NCBI GenBank assembly: GCA_963799485.1
Contig: CAWCXJ010000008.1
Location: forward strand, 288,001 to 352,000
DNA length: 64,000 nt
From: an uncultured Trueperaceae bacterium
Lineage (GTDB): Bacteria > Deinococcota > Deinococci > Deinococcales > Trueperaceae
Reading direction: 5' to 3'
Both the position numbers and the translations under genes were made by a program. The stretch's first letter is position 1. Every line of letters begins with the position of its first letter. This document shows, piece by piece, positions 50,193 to 60,486 of this stretch. The notes under the pieces were generated by a model that did not search any database, was not told the origin of the DNA, and saw nothing but the letters and a program-made list of their open reading frames with translations.

Positions 50193-50816
50193 ATGACGCT
50201 TCTGGAACTCGAGCACCAAGCCAAGTCCGCGCCCAAACCGAGCGCCCTGTCAGATACCGCCGACAATCTGGTTTTTGGTGAAGGCAACCCCGACGCCGAC
50301 TTAGTAATTATCGGCGAAGCGCCGGGTGAGGACGAGGACGCGCAGGGACGCCCGTTCGTCGGTCGCGCCGGACAACTCCTCGACCGCATTTTGGAAAGCG
50401 GGCACATCGAACGCGAGGACATCTACATCACTAACATCCTCAAATACCGCCCGCCGAACAACCGCAATCCCAAACCCGACGAGATTCTGGCGTCAGAACC
50501 GCTGCTCCTAGAGCAGCTCAAACTTATCCGCCCGCAAATTATCGCCACCCTGGGCAATTTCCCCACCCAGTATTTTGCCGGAACCAAAGACGGCATCACC
50601 AAAACGCGGGGCAACTGGTTCGAGTGGCACGGTATCCGGGTCTTCCCGATGTTTCACCCGGCCTATCTGCTCCGCAATCCGAGCCGCGAAAAAGGCTCCC
50701 CCAAATGGCTGATGTGGGAAGACGTCCGCACGCTTAAAGAAACGCTCGACGCCCTCGGCCCGAAACCCGCGAGTTCGCTTGTCATCGACAGCGCTCAGCA
50801 AGACACGCTTTTTTAA
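50193..50816 (+). CDS. Uracil-DNA glycosylase, family 4 type
   Basis: Motifs [24 protein letters not shown] and FHPAYLLR. Confidence 0.92.
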   Translation: MTLLELEHQAKSAPKPSALSDTADNLVFGEGNPDADLVIIGEAPGEDEDAQGRPFVGRAGQLLDRILESGHIEREDIYITNILKYRPPNNRNPKPDEILASEPLLLEQLKLIRPQIIATLGNFPTQYFAGTKDGITKTRGNWFEWHGIRVFPMFHPAYLLRNPSREKGSPKWLMWEDVRTLKETLDALGPKPASSLVIDSAQQDTLF

Positions 50817-50833
50817 CCTGTGCTTTTCGTTTT

Positions 50834-51112
50834 ATGAGCGACCCTAGATTTATCGGTCTGATTCATTCGCTGCTCGCATCGGCGGAGGCGGCTCTGGGCG
50901 AGGCGGACAGCCCGATGGTGCGTCACCTCGCGCGTGACGGTGTGCTGGCGCGGCGTACCGGCGAACGGAGCCTGGAACTCCTAAAGATGTTGCAGCAAAA
51001 AACCAACGGCAATTTAGACGAAACCGAACGGAGCACACTTCATCACGCCCTGGAAACAGTTCAGGGGCGGCTCGAGGCGTTAGCCGAGCGTCCAGATGCG
51101 GATTCAAACTAG
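50834..51112 (+). CDS. DUF1844-like protein
   Basis: LELLKMLQQKTNGNLDETE motif. Confidence 0.72.
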   Translation: MSDPRFIGLIHSLLASAEAALGEADSPMVRHLARDGVLARRTGERSLELLKMLQQKTNGNLDETERSTLHHALETVQGRLEALAERPDADSN

Positions 51113-51571
51113 ATGCGCGCCCTGGTGCAACGGGTTGCGTTTGCCCGCGTAACGGTTCAGGGGCAAGCGGTCGGCGAAATCGGGCCGGGACTCCTCATCT
51201 TGCTGGGCGTCGGTCACGGTGACAGTAAGCCTGACGCCGACACGCTCGCGGCGAAGATCACCAGGCTGAGAATCTTTAACGACGACGCGGGCAAAATGAA
51301 TATGAGCGTCCGGGACGCGGGTAACGCTGCGCTGGTGGTCAGTCAGTTTACGCTCTACGCCGACACGGCGCGGGGCAACCGTCCGGGTTTTGCGGGGGCG
51401 GCACCCCCTGCCGAAGCCGAGGCGCTCTACGGTTATTTTGCCGAACAGCTTAAAACGCACGGCCTTACCGTTCAAACGGGCAGCTTCGGCGCGGACATGC
51501 AGGTGAGCCTCTTAAACGACGGCCCGGTGACGGTGTGGCTCGAGTCTCCTCAAAAGATAAACAAAGCTTAA
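51113..51571 (+). CDS. dtd: D-aminoacyl-tRNA deacylase
   Basis: Motifs [20 protein letters not shown] and NDGPVT. Confidence 0.95.
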   Translation: MRALVQRVAFARVTVQGQAVGEIGPGLLILLGVGHGDSKPDADTLAAKITRLRIFNDDAGKMNMSVRDAGNAALVVSQFTLYADTARGNRPGFAGAAPPAEAEALYGYFAEQLKTHGLTVQTGSFGADMQVSLLNDGPVTVWLESPQKINKA

Positions 51572-51718
51572 TCCAGCTGGACAAACACGCTCATAAAAGC
51601 CACAAAATCTGCTCTATACTCACACTTAACCTCCTGATGCAAGACGATTTTTTTGCATTTGTCCGGGCGATGGCGACGTAAACTGGGGGGTCTGCGCGGC
51701 AGATGCTAGGGAGACAGT

Positions 51719-52873
51719 ATGCAGTACGTGAAAGTCCGTCGTTTTTTTGCCCTCTTGTTTGTAGCAGTCCTTTTGGCCGCGTGCGCGCAAACGGCTCCGC
51801 CGACGCAGCAGCAGGCCGCCGGTGACGCGATTCCGGGTCGGTACATCGTCGCCTTGCAACCTCAACCGGGTCTCCGGACGCAGCGCCTCGAGCCTGCGCG
51901 TGTCGCCGCTTCGCTGGGTGTGCAGAACCTTCAGACGCTGGGCGTGATCAACGGTTTTGTCGCGGCGGGTGTCGACGAGGCTGCGCTTTCGCGTTTAAGG
52001 GCCGACGCCCGCGTCCGTTACGTCGAACAAGACCGAGTAGTTAAACTGAGCGGAACGCAGAGTCGCCCGGACTGGGGTCTCGACCGCATCGATCAGCGGA
52101 ACCTGCCGCTTAACCGCAGTTACCGCTACCGGGCGACCGGGCGCGGCGTGACTGCCTACGTTATCGATTCGGGCATCCGTGCTAGTAGCGAGTTCGGGAG
52201 CCGCCTCGTCGGCGGCGTTACGGCGATCGACGACGGGCGCGGTTACGACGATTGTTTCGGTCACGGCACACACGTCGCGGGAACCCTGGGCGGCAGAACC
52301 TACGGCGTCGCCAAAAACGTCAAGCTGGTCGCTGTGCGTGTATTCGGGTGCAACGGCGAATCGTCGAACTCGGCGGTGGTCAGCGGTATCGACTGGGTAA
52401 ACTTCAACCACGCCGGCCCCTCGGTGGCTAATTTAAGCCTCGAGGCTTCGCCCTCACGTGCTATCGACGAGGCAGTCGCGGCGCTCGTCGCCGATAAGGT
52501 GACAGTCGTCGTCGCTGCCGGAAACGAAGGGGGCGACGCGTGCGACGTTTCTCCGGCCCGCGTCCCGGAAGTGCTGACTGTCGGGGCGAGCAACCGCCAG
52601 GACAACCTCTGGGAAGGCAGCAACCGGGGGCGCTGCGTCGATGTGTTTGCGCCCGGTGAAAATGTCACCTCGGCGGGGCTGCGGGGTACGCTGACAATGA
52701 GCGGCACCTCGATGGCGAGCCCGCACGCCGCCGGGGTCGCGGCGCTGATTTTAGAAAAGAACCGGAGCGCGTCCCCTGCTGTTGTTACCGCGAAACTTGT
52801 AGCGCGAACGACCGGTGGCAAGCTCGGCAACACGGCGGGGGCTCCGAACAGGTTGCTCTACAGCGGGTTCTAA
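51719..52873 (+). CDS. S8 serine protease (aqualysin/proteinase K type), lipoprotein with I9 propeptide
   Basis: Lipobox LAAC, WGLDRIDQR, and the triad motifs VIDSG, HGTHVAG and GTSMASPH. Confidence 0.94.
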   Translation: MQYVKVRRFFALLFVAVLLAACAQTAPPTQQQAAGDAIPGRYIVALQPQPGLRTQRLEPARVAASLGVQNLQTLGVINGFVAAGVDEAALSRLRADARVRYVEQDRVVKLSGTQSRPDWGLDRIDQRNLPLNRSYRYRATGRGVTAYVIDSGIRASSEFGSRLVGGVTAIDDGRGYDDCFGHGTHVAGTLGGRTYGVAKNVKLVAVRVFGCNGESSNSAVVSGIDWVNFNHAGPSVANLSLEASPSRAIDEAVAALVADKVTVVVAAGNEGGDACDVSPARVPEVLTVGASNRQDNLWEGSNRGRCVDVFAPGENVTSAGLRGTLTMSGTSMASPHAAGVAALILEKNRSASPAVVTAKLVARTTGGKLGNTAGAPNRLLYSGF

Positions 52874-52891
52874 GTTCGTTGTGTTCTAAGC

Positions 52892-52926
52892 TGCGGCAGG
52901 GCCGAGTTCTCCTGCCGCACTTTTTT
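52892..52926 (+). terminator. Intrinsic terminator
   Basis: TGCGGCAGG...CCTGCCGCA followed by T6. Confidence 0.75.
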
Positions 52927-52996
52927 GGCGTCAGGCTGTCCCGGTAACTGCGCCCTGTGTTCAAAACGACCGTGATTTTATGCGATAACGTAAGGC

Positions 52997-54361
52997 ATGG
53001 ATTTTGATCTCATTGTTATCGGTGCAGGACAAGCGGGCGGGCCGCTCGCGAGCGCAGCAGCTAAAGCAGGCAAGCGCGTCGCCTTAATCGAACGCCAACA
53101 CGTCGGGGGCACGTGCGTCAACGACGGGTGTACGCCGACCAAAACGATGGTAGCGAGTGCGCGCGTTGCGTATCTTGCCCGCCGCAGCACAGATTACGGC
53201 GTCCATACGGAGCCGGTGAGCATTGACATGGAGAAGGTGCGAGCGCGCAAACGTAAAGTTGTCGCGTCGTTTCGGGACGGCAGCCAGGAGAGTTATGAAA
53301 AAAACGAAAACATCGACCTCATCTGGGGTGAAGCCAGATTTACCGGCGACAAAACGGTTTCCGTGGCTCTTAACAGCGGCGGCGAACGGACTTTAAGCGC
53401 AAGTACCATCGTCATCAACGCCGGACAACGCCCAAGCATCCCGTCCATCGACGGCTTGAAAGACACGCCACACCTCACCTCGACCTCGGTGATGGAGCTT
53501 GGCGAGGTACCTGAACATCTCGTCATCCTGGGCGGTGGGTACGTCGGGCTCGAGTTCGCGCAGATGTTTCGCCGCTTCGGCAGTGAGGTCACGGTCGTTC
53601 AGCGCGGCGAGCAGCTCTTGCCGCGTGAGGACAAGGACGTCGCGGGCGCCGTAGCCGACATCTTGCGTGAGGACGGCGTAACGGTGCTTTTGGGCGCGAC
53701 GACGGAGAAGGTCGGCGCCGAAAACGGCGTGACGCTCACCCTGGGGGGCAACAAGACCGTTTCAGGCTCGCATCTGCTGGTAGCGACCGGACGCACGCCG
53801 AACAGCAACTTTTTGAATCTCGAGGCGACCGGCGTCAAGACGGACAAAAAAGGGTATATCGAGGTGGACGAAAAGCTTCAGACCAACGTCGCCGGCGTGT
53901 ACGCGCTCGGCGACGTCAAAGGTGGCCCGGCTTTTACCCACATCTCGTATGACGACTTTCGCATCGTCAAGGCCAATCTACTAGACGGTAAACACGAGAC
54001 GATTCAGGGCCGCCCGGTGCCTTACACGGTCTTTATCGACCCGCAACTTGGACGTGTAGGTCTGAGCGAAAAGGACGCGAAAGAGCAGGGGCAAGCCTTT
54101 AAGGTCGCCAAGCTGCCGATGACCCGTGTCGCGCGGGCGATTGAAACCGACGAGACGCGCGGGTTTATGAAAGCGCTCATCGACCCGGAGACCGAGCAGA
54201 TTTTAGGCGCGGCGATTTTAGGGCTAGAGGGCGGCGAAATCATGAGCGTGTTGCAGGTGGCGATGATGGGCAAGTTGCCCTACACGGCGCTGCGCGATTC
54301 GCCGTTTGCCCATCCGACTCTGAGCGAGTCGCTCAACAACCTGTTTATGACGCTCGAGTGA
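52997..54361 (+). CDS. Flavoprotein disulfide reductase (MerA-like/RclA-like, without NmerA domain or C-terminal Cys pair)
   Basis: Motifs [27 protein letters not shown] and FAHPTLSE. Confidence 0.9.
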   Translation: MDFDLIVIGAGQAGGPLASAAAKAGKRVALIERQHVGGTCVNDGCTPTKTMVASARVAYLARRSTDYGVHTEPVSIDMEKVRARKRKVVASFRDGSQESYEKNENIDLIWGEARFTGDKTVSVALNSGGERTLSASTIVINAGQRPSIPSIDGLKDTPHLTSTSVMELGEVPEHLVILGGGYVGLEFAQMFRRFGSEVTVVQRGEQLLPREDKDVAGAVADILREDGVTVLLGATTEKVGAENGVTLTLGGNKTVSGSHLLVATGRTPNSNFLNLEATGVKTDKKGYIEVDEKLQTNVAGVYALGDVKGGPAFTHISYDDFRIVKANLLDGKHETIQGRPVPYTVFIDPQLGRVGLSEKDAKEQGQAFKVAKLPMTRVARAIETDETRGFMKALIDPETEQILGAAILGLEGGEIMSVLQVAMMGKLPYTALRDSPFAHPTLSESLNNLFMTLE

Positions 54362-55152
54362 CTACGCCGACGCTAGCTGTTTCTGACAGCCCCCTGGCAC
54401 GTTCGCTGCTTCGTGAACAGAAGCTGGCAGTGCTGGAGACCGGCGGGCCGTTGACCGCTTCAGCTGCAACCGAGTTTCTAGGTCAGCGCTGGCTGCTCCA
54501 CAACGGTGTCTGGAACTGGTCGTTGGCGCACCCTGAAGTACTAGCACAGCAAGATGTGCTGACAGCAACCCGAAATGCGCTCGAGCAGACACGTGCTCCC
54601 TGGCTGAGCGTCCATCTTGGCTTCAGCGCTTCACAAGTGACTTTCAATGAGGGAATGTACCCGGCATCGGAAACGTTGGAACGAGACAAGCTCATCGCAC
54701 AAATAACTTATACCGTAAATATGCTTAAGGAGACACTTGGCGTCCCGCTCTTACTCGAAAATCTCAACTATAACGCAACCGGAGCCTATGAGCATATCTG
54801 TGAGCCCGAAGTTATCCGCACAGTATTGGCGGCAACCGATACCTACCTGCTTCTCGACCTTGCTCATGCACAGGTTAGCGCCTCGCGCTTGGGTTTCGCA
54901 CTTGACGAATATCTAGCGAAGCTACCGCTGGAACGCGTAAAGCAGCTTCACATAAGCAGCCCGCGTTTAATTGGAAAAACTTTTGCCGATGTCCATGAGA
55001 CCTTGCGCGAGCCAGATTACAAACTGCTAGAGCGGATACTCAGGCAGACCGAACCCTGGGCCGTAACACTCGAGTATTACCGAGATGCCGAAGCCTTGCT
55101 CGAACAAGCGGAGCGGCTCTCGAACAAGCGGAGCGGCTCGGGAACCTACTGA
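54358..55152 (+). CDS. DUF692/MNIO-family multinuclear iron enzyme (divergent)
   Basis: Metal-ligand pattern [36 protein letters not shown] and VTLEY. GTGA overlap with the reductase. Confidence 0.8.
   Translation: MTTPTLAVSDSPLARSLLREQKLAVLETGGPLTASAATEFLGQRWLLHNGVWNWSLAHPEVLAQQDVLTATRNALEQTRAPWLSVHLGFSASQVTFNEGMYPASETLERDKLIAQITYTVNMLKETLGVPLLLENLNYNATGAYEHICEPEVIRTVLAATDTYLLLDLAHAQVSASRLGFALDEYLAKLPLERVKQLHISSPRLIGKTFADVHETLREPDYKLLERILRQTEPWAVTLEYYRDAEALLEQAERLSNKRSGSGTY
55099..55138 (+). repeat. 20-bp tandem duplication CTCGAACAAGCGGAGCGGCT x2
   Basis: Directly visible. Shifts the frame of the last codons of the DUF692 gene. Confidence 0.92.
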
Positions 55153-55176
55153 ATGGGTAGCGCGCTAGACTAGCGT

Positions 55177-55614
55177 ATGGCTGAAACCGTCTTTAGTCTT
55201 CTCAACATCTTGCCCTTACCGATCTGGCTCGGGATGCTGCTCTTTCCCAAAACGCGCTTTACCCAAAAGGTCGTGCAGGCGTACTGGCCCTACATCGCGC
55301 TGGCGGGCGTTTACGCGCTCTTGCTTGCCGGGGCGCTCGTAACCGGCACCGGCTTCGACTTGTCCCTTGACGGTTTACGGCGGGGGTTGAGCCTCGAGTG
55401 GGGCTTTTTAGCAGTGTGGGCGCACGTGTTGACCCTCGACCTGTTCGCCGGGGTGTGGGTGTTCCGCGACGCCAAATACTGGGGGATGGAGCCGCGCCTC
55501 TACGTCCTGGTAACGCTTTTTGCGGGGCCGCTCGGGTTAGGTGCGTACTTGCTGGCGCGGCAAAGACGTTCAAAAGACGACCCGATCAAGTTTGTGAACA
55601 GGCCGCTCAACTAG
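55177..55614 (+). CDS. ABA4-like/DUF4281 membrane protein
   Basis: Motifs LPIWLGMLLFP, WAHVLTLDLFAGVWV and FAGPLGL. Confidence 0.8.
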   Translation: MAETVFSLLNILPLPIWLGMLLFPKTRFTQKVVQAYWPYIALAGVYALLLAGALVTGTGFDLSLDGLRRGLSLEWGFLAVWAHVLTLDLFAGVWVFRDAKYWGMEPRLYVLVTLFAGPLGLGAYLLARQRRSKDDPIKFVNRPLN

Positions 55615-55673
55615 CTCCGGTACAGGGCAGAAGTACGCCGCTTTGGGCTTCCGAGATGATAGCGTCTAGAACG

Positions 55674-56348
55674 ATGCTCCGCACTCTTTCTCTTCTCGTC
55701 AAACGTGCGCTCGACCTGGTGGTCGCGTTTACGGCGCTCTTCGTCTTGTCGCCCCTGTTACTCGTCACCGGGCTTTTGATTTTGCTCGAGGACGGTCGCC
55801 CTATCTTTTTCCGGCAGACCCGCGCCGGACGGGGCGGAGAGCCGTTTTTCATCTTTAAGTTTCGTAGCATGAGGGTCAACAACGCGCCTGTTGCCAGCAT
55901 GGGCGCAGTGACGGGTTCACATCCTTTGGTCACACGCGTAGGCCGCTTTATCCGGCGCACCAAGATCGACGAATTGCCGCAACTCTTAAACGTCCTGACC
56001 GGCGAGCTGAGCTTGGTCGGCCCGCGCCCGACCTTACGGGAGCAGGTCGCCGAATACGATACTTTCGAGCAGAGGCGGCTGGCGATGAAACCCGGCGTGA
56101 CGGGCTGGGCGCAGGTTTGCGGCGGTATCTACCTGCCGTGGGAAGAGCGTATCGCCCTCGACGTTTGGTATACCGACAATTGGTCTTTGGGGCTCGACTT
56201 TGAGACTTTGGTGCGGACGGTCGGCGTCATCGTTTTCGGTGAAAAACTCAACCATAAAGCACTCGAGAAAGCGTTGGTACATGAACGCGCCTACGGTCAC
56301 GGCGCGGTGAGAGTCGGCGGTTGGCGCTCGGAAAAGCCGCTGGGCTAG
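55674..56348 (+). CDS. Bacterial sugar transferase (polyprenyl-phosphate phosphoglycosyl transferase)
   Basis: Motifs KRALD, KFRSM, IDELPQLLNVL, SLVGPRP and KPGVTGWAQ. Start may be 55656. Confidence 0.9.
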   Translation: MLRTLSLLVKRALDLVVAFTALFVLSPLLLVTGLLILLEDGRPIFFRQTRAGRGGEPFFIFKFRSMRVNNAPVASMGAVTGSHPLVTRVGRFIRRTKIDELPQLLNVLTGELSLVGPRPTLREQVAEYDTFEQRRLAMKPGVTGWAQVCGGIYLPWEERIALDVWYTDNWSLGLDFETLVRTVGVIVFGEKLNHKALEKALVHERAYGHGAVRVGGWRSEKPLG

Positions 56349-56458
56349 AGCCGCGGTAAGTACCGAGTCGGTAACAACACACTTGGAAGACTCAAGTTTC
56401 ACTCTACATTGCTCTCGCTGACGCGCCTTAATGATTCATCCGGTTAGTTCATATCAGG

Positions 56459-57428
56459 CTCACTACGGGGACAAAAGTTTAAGACAGGTATCTAAGGATA
56501 CCTTGGCGGGCTTATCAGGCAGAGCGAGGAGCGCAGTTCTCAGATAAGTCAGACCTCTTTTGAAGAAACTGATGGGCAGGTAGCCGTGTTTTTTAAGTGA
56601 CAGCGGTCTTTGCTGATGAACTCATTCACCTAACAGATGTGCCCAGGAAAAAGCGATAGCAAGCATGGCGATCAGGTTGTCGAGCTTGTCAGTCCGGGTC
56701 AAACGGGTATCTTCGAGGTTAAAGCCTCTGGTTTTGAGGGCCGAAAACAGACACTCGATGTTCCAGCGTTCGGCGTAGCGGAGCAGTGCCCGCTCAGGCT
56801 TATGCGTACAAGCCAGCACGACAAGCTCACCCTGCTGCGATTTGGTGAGGGCAAGCTGCAAGCGCAAGCCGTAAATCCAGACACGTTTGGGGCAAACATA
56901 AGTTTTCCGACGAGCAAGGTAGCCGTAACGCTTGGCGACAGACTTGTACGAACCTTTGGAGCCTATGAGTGTGTTGTTTCTAAGCCGCATGATAAAGCAG
57001 AGCATGCGTTGCTTGAGCCCTTCGAACCAGGCTTTACCGATAAACCCCCTGTCAGCCACAAGCGCGTCAATCTTCGTGGCACTCAGGAACTGCAAAAGCG
57101 TGTCAAGCAAAGCAAGCCGTTCACGAGTATTGCTGTTACCGTTCTTGTCTAAGCGCTGCCACAATAGCGGAAAAGCAAGCCCCTTATGACATACGGCAAT
57201 CATCAGTAGATTCACCTCAATCCCGCCCACGGCCCAATTCGTGCGGTCTAAGCTTAGCGTGTAGCTCTCTGAGTACGGTATCAGTTTGAGCATCAGCCTG
57301 GCAAAGCTGGTCTTTTCCAAGCTTACTTCGCCAAAAAACCGTTTTAAGCGTTTTTCGTTCGACTCTGGAAATACACCTGGATTCAAGGCACTCGCAACGC
57401 AAGTCAGGCTGACCGTCCTCACCACAAT
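56459..57428 (-). mobile_element. 5'-truncated IS4-family element with an inactivated DDE transposase
   Basis: Motifs LDRTNW, ADRGF and YAERWNIECLFSALKTRGFNLE. In-frame TGA at 56622, after which the frame continues (KKHGY...LLSP*). Terminal sequence CTCACTACGGGGACAAAA at 56459. Confidence 0.85.
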
Positions 57429-57467
57429 TGGAGTTGGTGGGGGTCGAACGGACACAAGAAGTTTAGC

Positions 57468-58347
57468 TTACGCCGCTAGCCTTGCCAAGCCTTGGTTTTC
57501 GAACTCTGTAGGGCTGCGGTATCCCAAGCTGCTGTGCAGCCGCTGGCGGTTGTAGAAGCCCTCTATGTATTCGAACACGGCGAGCCTAGCTTCTTCGCGG
57601 GTAGCGAAGGTTCTTTGATAGACAAGTTCTTTTTTTAGCGTGGCGAAGAAGCTTTCGATGTGGGCGTTGTCGAGGCAGGCTCCTGTACCCGTGAAGCTAG
57701 GGCGCATCCCCCAGGCCGCCAGCTCGCGCTGGTAAGCGTAGGAAGTATATTGACTACCCTTATCGCTGTGACAGATGAGCCCTCTGGGTGTGCAGCGCTG
57801 CTTCGTCGCCATCCTCAGCGCTTGGATCACGAGAGCGGTTTTCATGTTGTCGCTCATGGCGTAGCCGACGATGCGCTTTGAGTAAGCGTCCATGACTGCA
57901 GCTAGGTAAAGCCAGCCTTCGCTCGTCTTCACGAAGGTGATATCCGAATACCAGACCTGATTTGCCTCGACGATGTTGAGCTTGGGAATGAGCAGGTTCG
58001 CTGTTTCTAACAACACCTCGGGCGTCTTGCGACGCTTATACTTGCGCTCTGGTACGGCGTAGAGCCCAGCCTGTCGCATCAACCTTTTGACGCGCCTTAA
58101 AGCGCACACGACCCGGCGCTTACGCAGTTTGGCGTGGACACGCGGGCTGCCGTAGCGCTTGCCGCTCTCCTCGAAGATAGTGGTGATCTGCTTCGAGCAG
58201 CGCAGCGGCGTCCTGCTCGCGTTCAGATGGTTCCTGGCAGGCTCGGGCTAAGTAGTCATAGAGCCCGCTCCTCGACACCTTCATCACGCTGCACAGCACC
58301 CTCACTGGGTAGAGGTACCGGTGCTCGGCGACGAAGCTAAACCTCAC
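57468..58347 (-). pseudogene. IS3 OrfB integrase-core transposase with an internal frameshift near 58190
   Basis: Motifs WYSDIT, HSDKGSQY, ESFFATLKKE and YNRQRLHSSLGY. The YGSPRV segment is out of frame with the N-terminus. Confidence 0.85.
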
Positions 58348-58646
58348 CTCTGGTTCCTCGCGAAGAACGCACTCGCCTTTTTTAGGATCTCGTTCTCCAT
58401 CTCGAGCCGCTTGTTCTCAGCTCTGAGCCGCCGGACTTCGGCCTCCTGCTCGGTAGGTTGCGCCCGTCTGTGCCCCGGCGCGAGTCGTCCCTCCCTATAC
58501 TGCCGCCGCCAGTTCGTCAGGTTCGACTTCGGAATGCCTAGCCGCTGTGCTGCCTCGGGCACGCTGTAGCCCTGCTCCTCGACTAGCCGCACCGCGTCTA
58601 GCTTGAACTCCCTCTCGTACTGCCTCGTTATGCGCTTCTCGCTCAC
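58344..58646 (-). CDS. IS3 OrfA (HTH transposase subunit)
   Basis: YEREFKLDAVRLV...EILKKASAFFA. A-AAA-AAG -1 frameshift site at about 58378-58384. Confidence 0.9.
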   Translation of the reverse strand: MSEKRITRQYEREFKLDAVRLVEEQGYSVPEAAQRLGIPKSNLTNWRRQYREGRLAPGHRRAQPTEQEAEVRRLRAENKRLEMENEILKKASAFFARNQR

Positions 58647-58794
58647 TTGGACTCCCTCCGAAACGGTCAACCCGTCTCTACTTTAGGTGTCCGTTACCCT
58701 GTCTCCAAGTCCACTTTTGGCTTCGCTCTTATTTCGCAGAGGATTTAATGTATAACACGCCGCTCACGCGGCAGATACGCTACACTTTGAGCCT

Positions 58795-59499
58795 ATGGGA
58801 CTCCTCGAGGTCATCGGCCCGGTCATGGTGGGGCCGTCTAGCAGCCACACCGCCGGGGCGTGCCGGTTGGCGCTGCTGGCACGGCATACGCTCTTAACAG
58901 AACCCCGCCAGGCAACGCTGAGCCTGCACGGTTCGTTTGCCAAAACTGCCAAGGGTCACGGTACCGACCGGGCGCTCGCCGGGGGCCTGCTCGGTTACGC
59001 GCCCGACGACGCGCGGATTCCGGACGCGCTCGAGAGGGCAAAGCAGGCGGGCCTCGAGCTTCACTTTGAAACCAAAGACCTGGGCGATGTTCACCCTAAC
59101 ACCGTGAAGTTTACCCTCGCGGGTGAGAACGAAATAGGGCACGAGAAAGTTGAGCTGCTGGGCTCGAGTCTCGGCGGGGGGCTCGTCCGGGTGGCTAAAG
59201 TGGGCGGGTTCGAAACGAATTTTACGGGTGCGTACCATACGCTGCTCCTGCGCCACACCGACCAGACCGGGGTGATTGCGACCGTCGCGCGGGTTCTAGC
59301 CGACGACGCCGTAAACATTGCTACGCTGACCTGTGCCCGTCATTCACATAGGGGGCGACGCGGGGAAACGGCGCTGATGGCGCTCGAGCTGGAAACGGCT
59401 CCTGCCGGACATGTACTGACGTATTTGTCGCAACTCGGCGTCGTGGCTTGGCTCAGGTTGTTACCGAACGTGATGCGCGGGTCAGGGGAAGACAGATGA
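58795..59499 (+). CDS. sdaAB: L-serine dehydratase, beta subunit
   Basis: Motifs [24 protein letters not shown] and HPNT, plus a C-terminal ACT domain. Confidence 0.93.
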   Translation: MGLLEVIGPVMVGPSSSHTAGACRLALLARHTLLTEPRQATLSLHGSFAKTAKGHGTDRALAGGLLGYAPDDARIPDALERAKQAGLELHFETKDLGDVHPNTVKFTLAGENEIGHEKVELLGSSLGGGLVRVAKVGGFETNFTGAYHTLLLRHTDQTGVIATVARVLADDAVNIATLTCARHSHRGRRGETALMALELETAPAGHVLTYLSQLGVVAWLRLLPNVMRGSGEDR

Positions 59500-60335
59500 C
59501 GCTCAACGAACTGATGAACGTTTCCGGGAAGGCTTCCGAGGCGGTTTTGAACGACACAACTCCGCCCGAAGAGCAAGCTGCGCTGCTAGATGCCATGCGT
59601 GGACGCTTAGGCGAGATGCGCGGCTCTATCGTGCGCGGTCTGGCGTCCGACGCCCCGAGCCGTACCGGGATGGTCGGTTGGAACGCCAAAACCTTGTGGG
59701 AAGCCCCGGACGCGCTCCAGGCACCCCTCTTGAAACGCGTGCAAGCTTACGCGATGGCGGTCAACGAAGAAAACGCGCGGATGGGCCGTATCGTCGCTGC
59801 ACCGACTGCGGGCAGTGCCGGAACCGTACCGGGTGCGCTAATCGGTGTGGGCGACGAACTAGGTTTGAACGACGACGATCTGCTCATGCCGCTCGTTTTA
59901 GCTGCCGGTATCGGTGAAGTCATCTCCCAAACGATGTTTATCGCCGGGGCGACGGGTGGGTGCGGCGCGGAGATCGGGTCGTCGGCAGCGATGGCGGCGG
60001 CGGCGGTGTGTGAACTGTTAGGCGGTGACGCAAAACAGGCCGTTCATGCGGCGGCGCTGGCGCTGGTTAACACCATTGGGCTGGTGTGCGACCCGGTAGG
60101 CGGTTACGTCGAGGTGCCGTGCGTCTCACGCAACGCCTTTTACAGCGTCCACGCGGTCTCGGCGGCGCAGCTCGCGCGCGCCGGGCTGACTTCGTTTATT
60201 CCGCCCGATGAGGTCGTCTCGGCGATGGCCTCAGTCGGTCGGATGCTCCCGCCCGAACTGCGCGAAACCGGCGAAGGCGGCATTGCCGATACGCCTACGG
60301 GCCGGATGATTGCCCTCAAAATGGCTGATCATTAG
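59496..60335 (+). CDS. sdaAA: L-serine dehydratase, alpha subunit
   Basis: Motifs [22 protein letters not shown] and [15 protein letters not shown]. Confidence 0.93.
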   Translation: MTLNELMNVSGKASEAVLNDTTPPEEQAALLDAMRGRLGEMRGSIVRGLASDAPSRTGMVGWNAKTLWEAPDALQAPLLKRVQAYAMAVNEENARMGRIVAAPTAGSAGTVPGALIGVGDELGLNDDDLLMPLVLAAGIGEVISQTMFIAGATGGCGAEIGSSAAMAAAAVCELLGGDAKQAVHAAALALVNTIGLVCDPVGGYVEVPCVSRNAFYSVHAVSAAQLARAGLTSFIPPDEVVSAMASVGRMLPPELRETGEGGIADTPTGRMIALKMADH

Positions 60336-60486
60336 ACCCTGACGATTGGCGTCAGACGTTCTTGAACATTGCCCTCGCCTACCGAAAAACGACCTTCCAG
60401 ACATAAGAAGCGCTACAAAGTGAAGGTGCCTCTACGCCTATGATAAGGGGACTAGGGCAGGCGTACCGGAGCCTGTCGGGAGGCAC

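Larger units (their letters stand above)
57429..58713 (-). mobile_element. IS3-family insertion sequence (1285 bp)
   Basis: Imperfect 27-bp inverted repeats TGGAGTTGGTGGGGGTCGAACGGACAC and TGGACTTGGAGACAGGGTAACGGACAC (19/27) with TG...CA ends. orfA/orfB organisation. Confidence 0.92.

Noticed and set aside
52997..54361. Mercury resistance gene merA
   Set aside because: It lacks the C-terminal Cys-Cys pair and the NmerA domain, and no merR/T/P genes are nearby.
55398..55673. N-terminal extension of the sugar transferase
   Set aside because: It overlaps the ABA4-like gene out of frame. Family similarity starts near KRALD.
56622..56624. TGA recoding (Trp or Sec) in the IS4 transposase
   Set aside because: TGA is a normal stop elsewhere in the window and the element is truncated, so a nonsense mutation is the simpler explanation.
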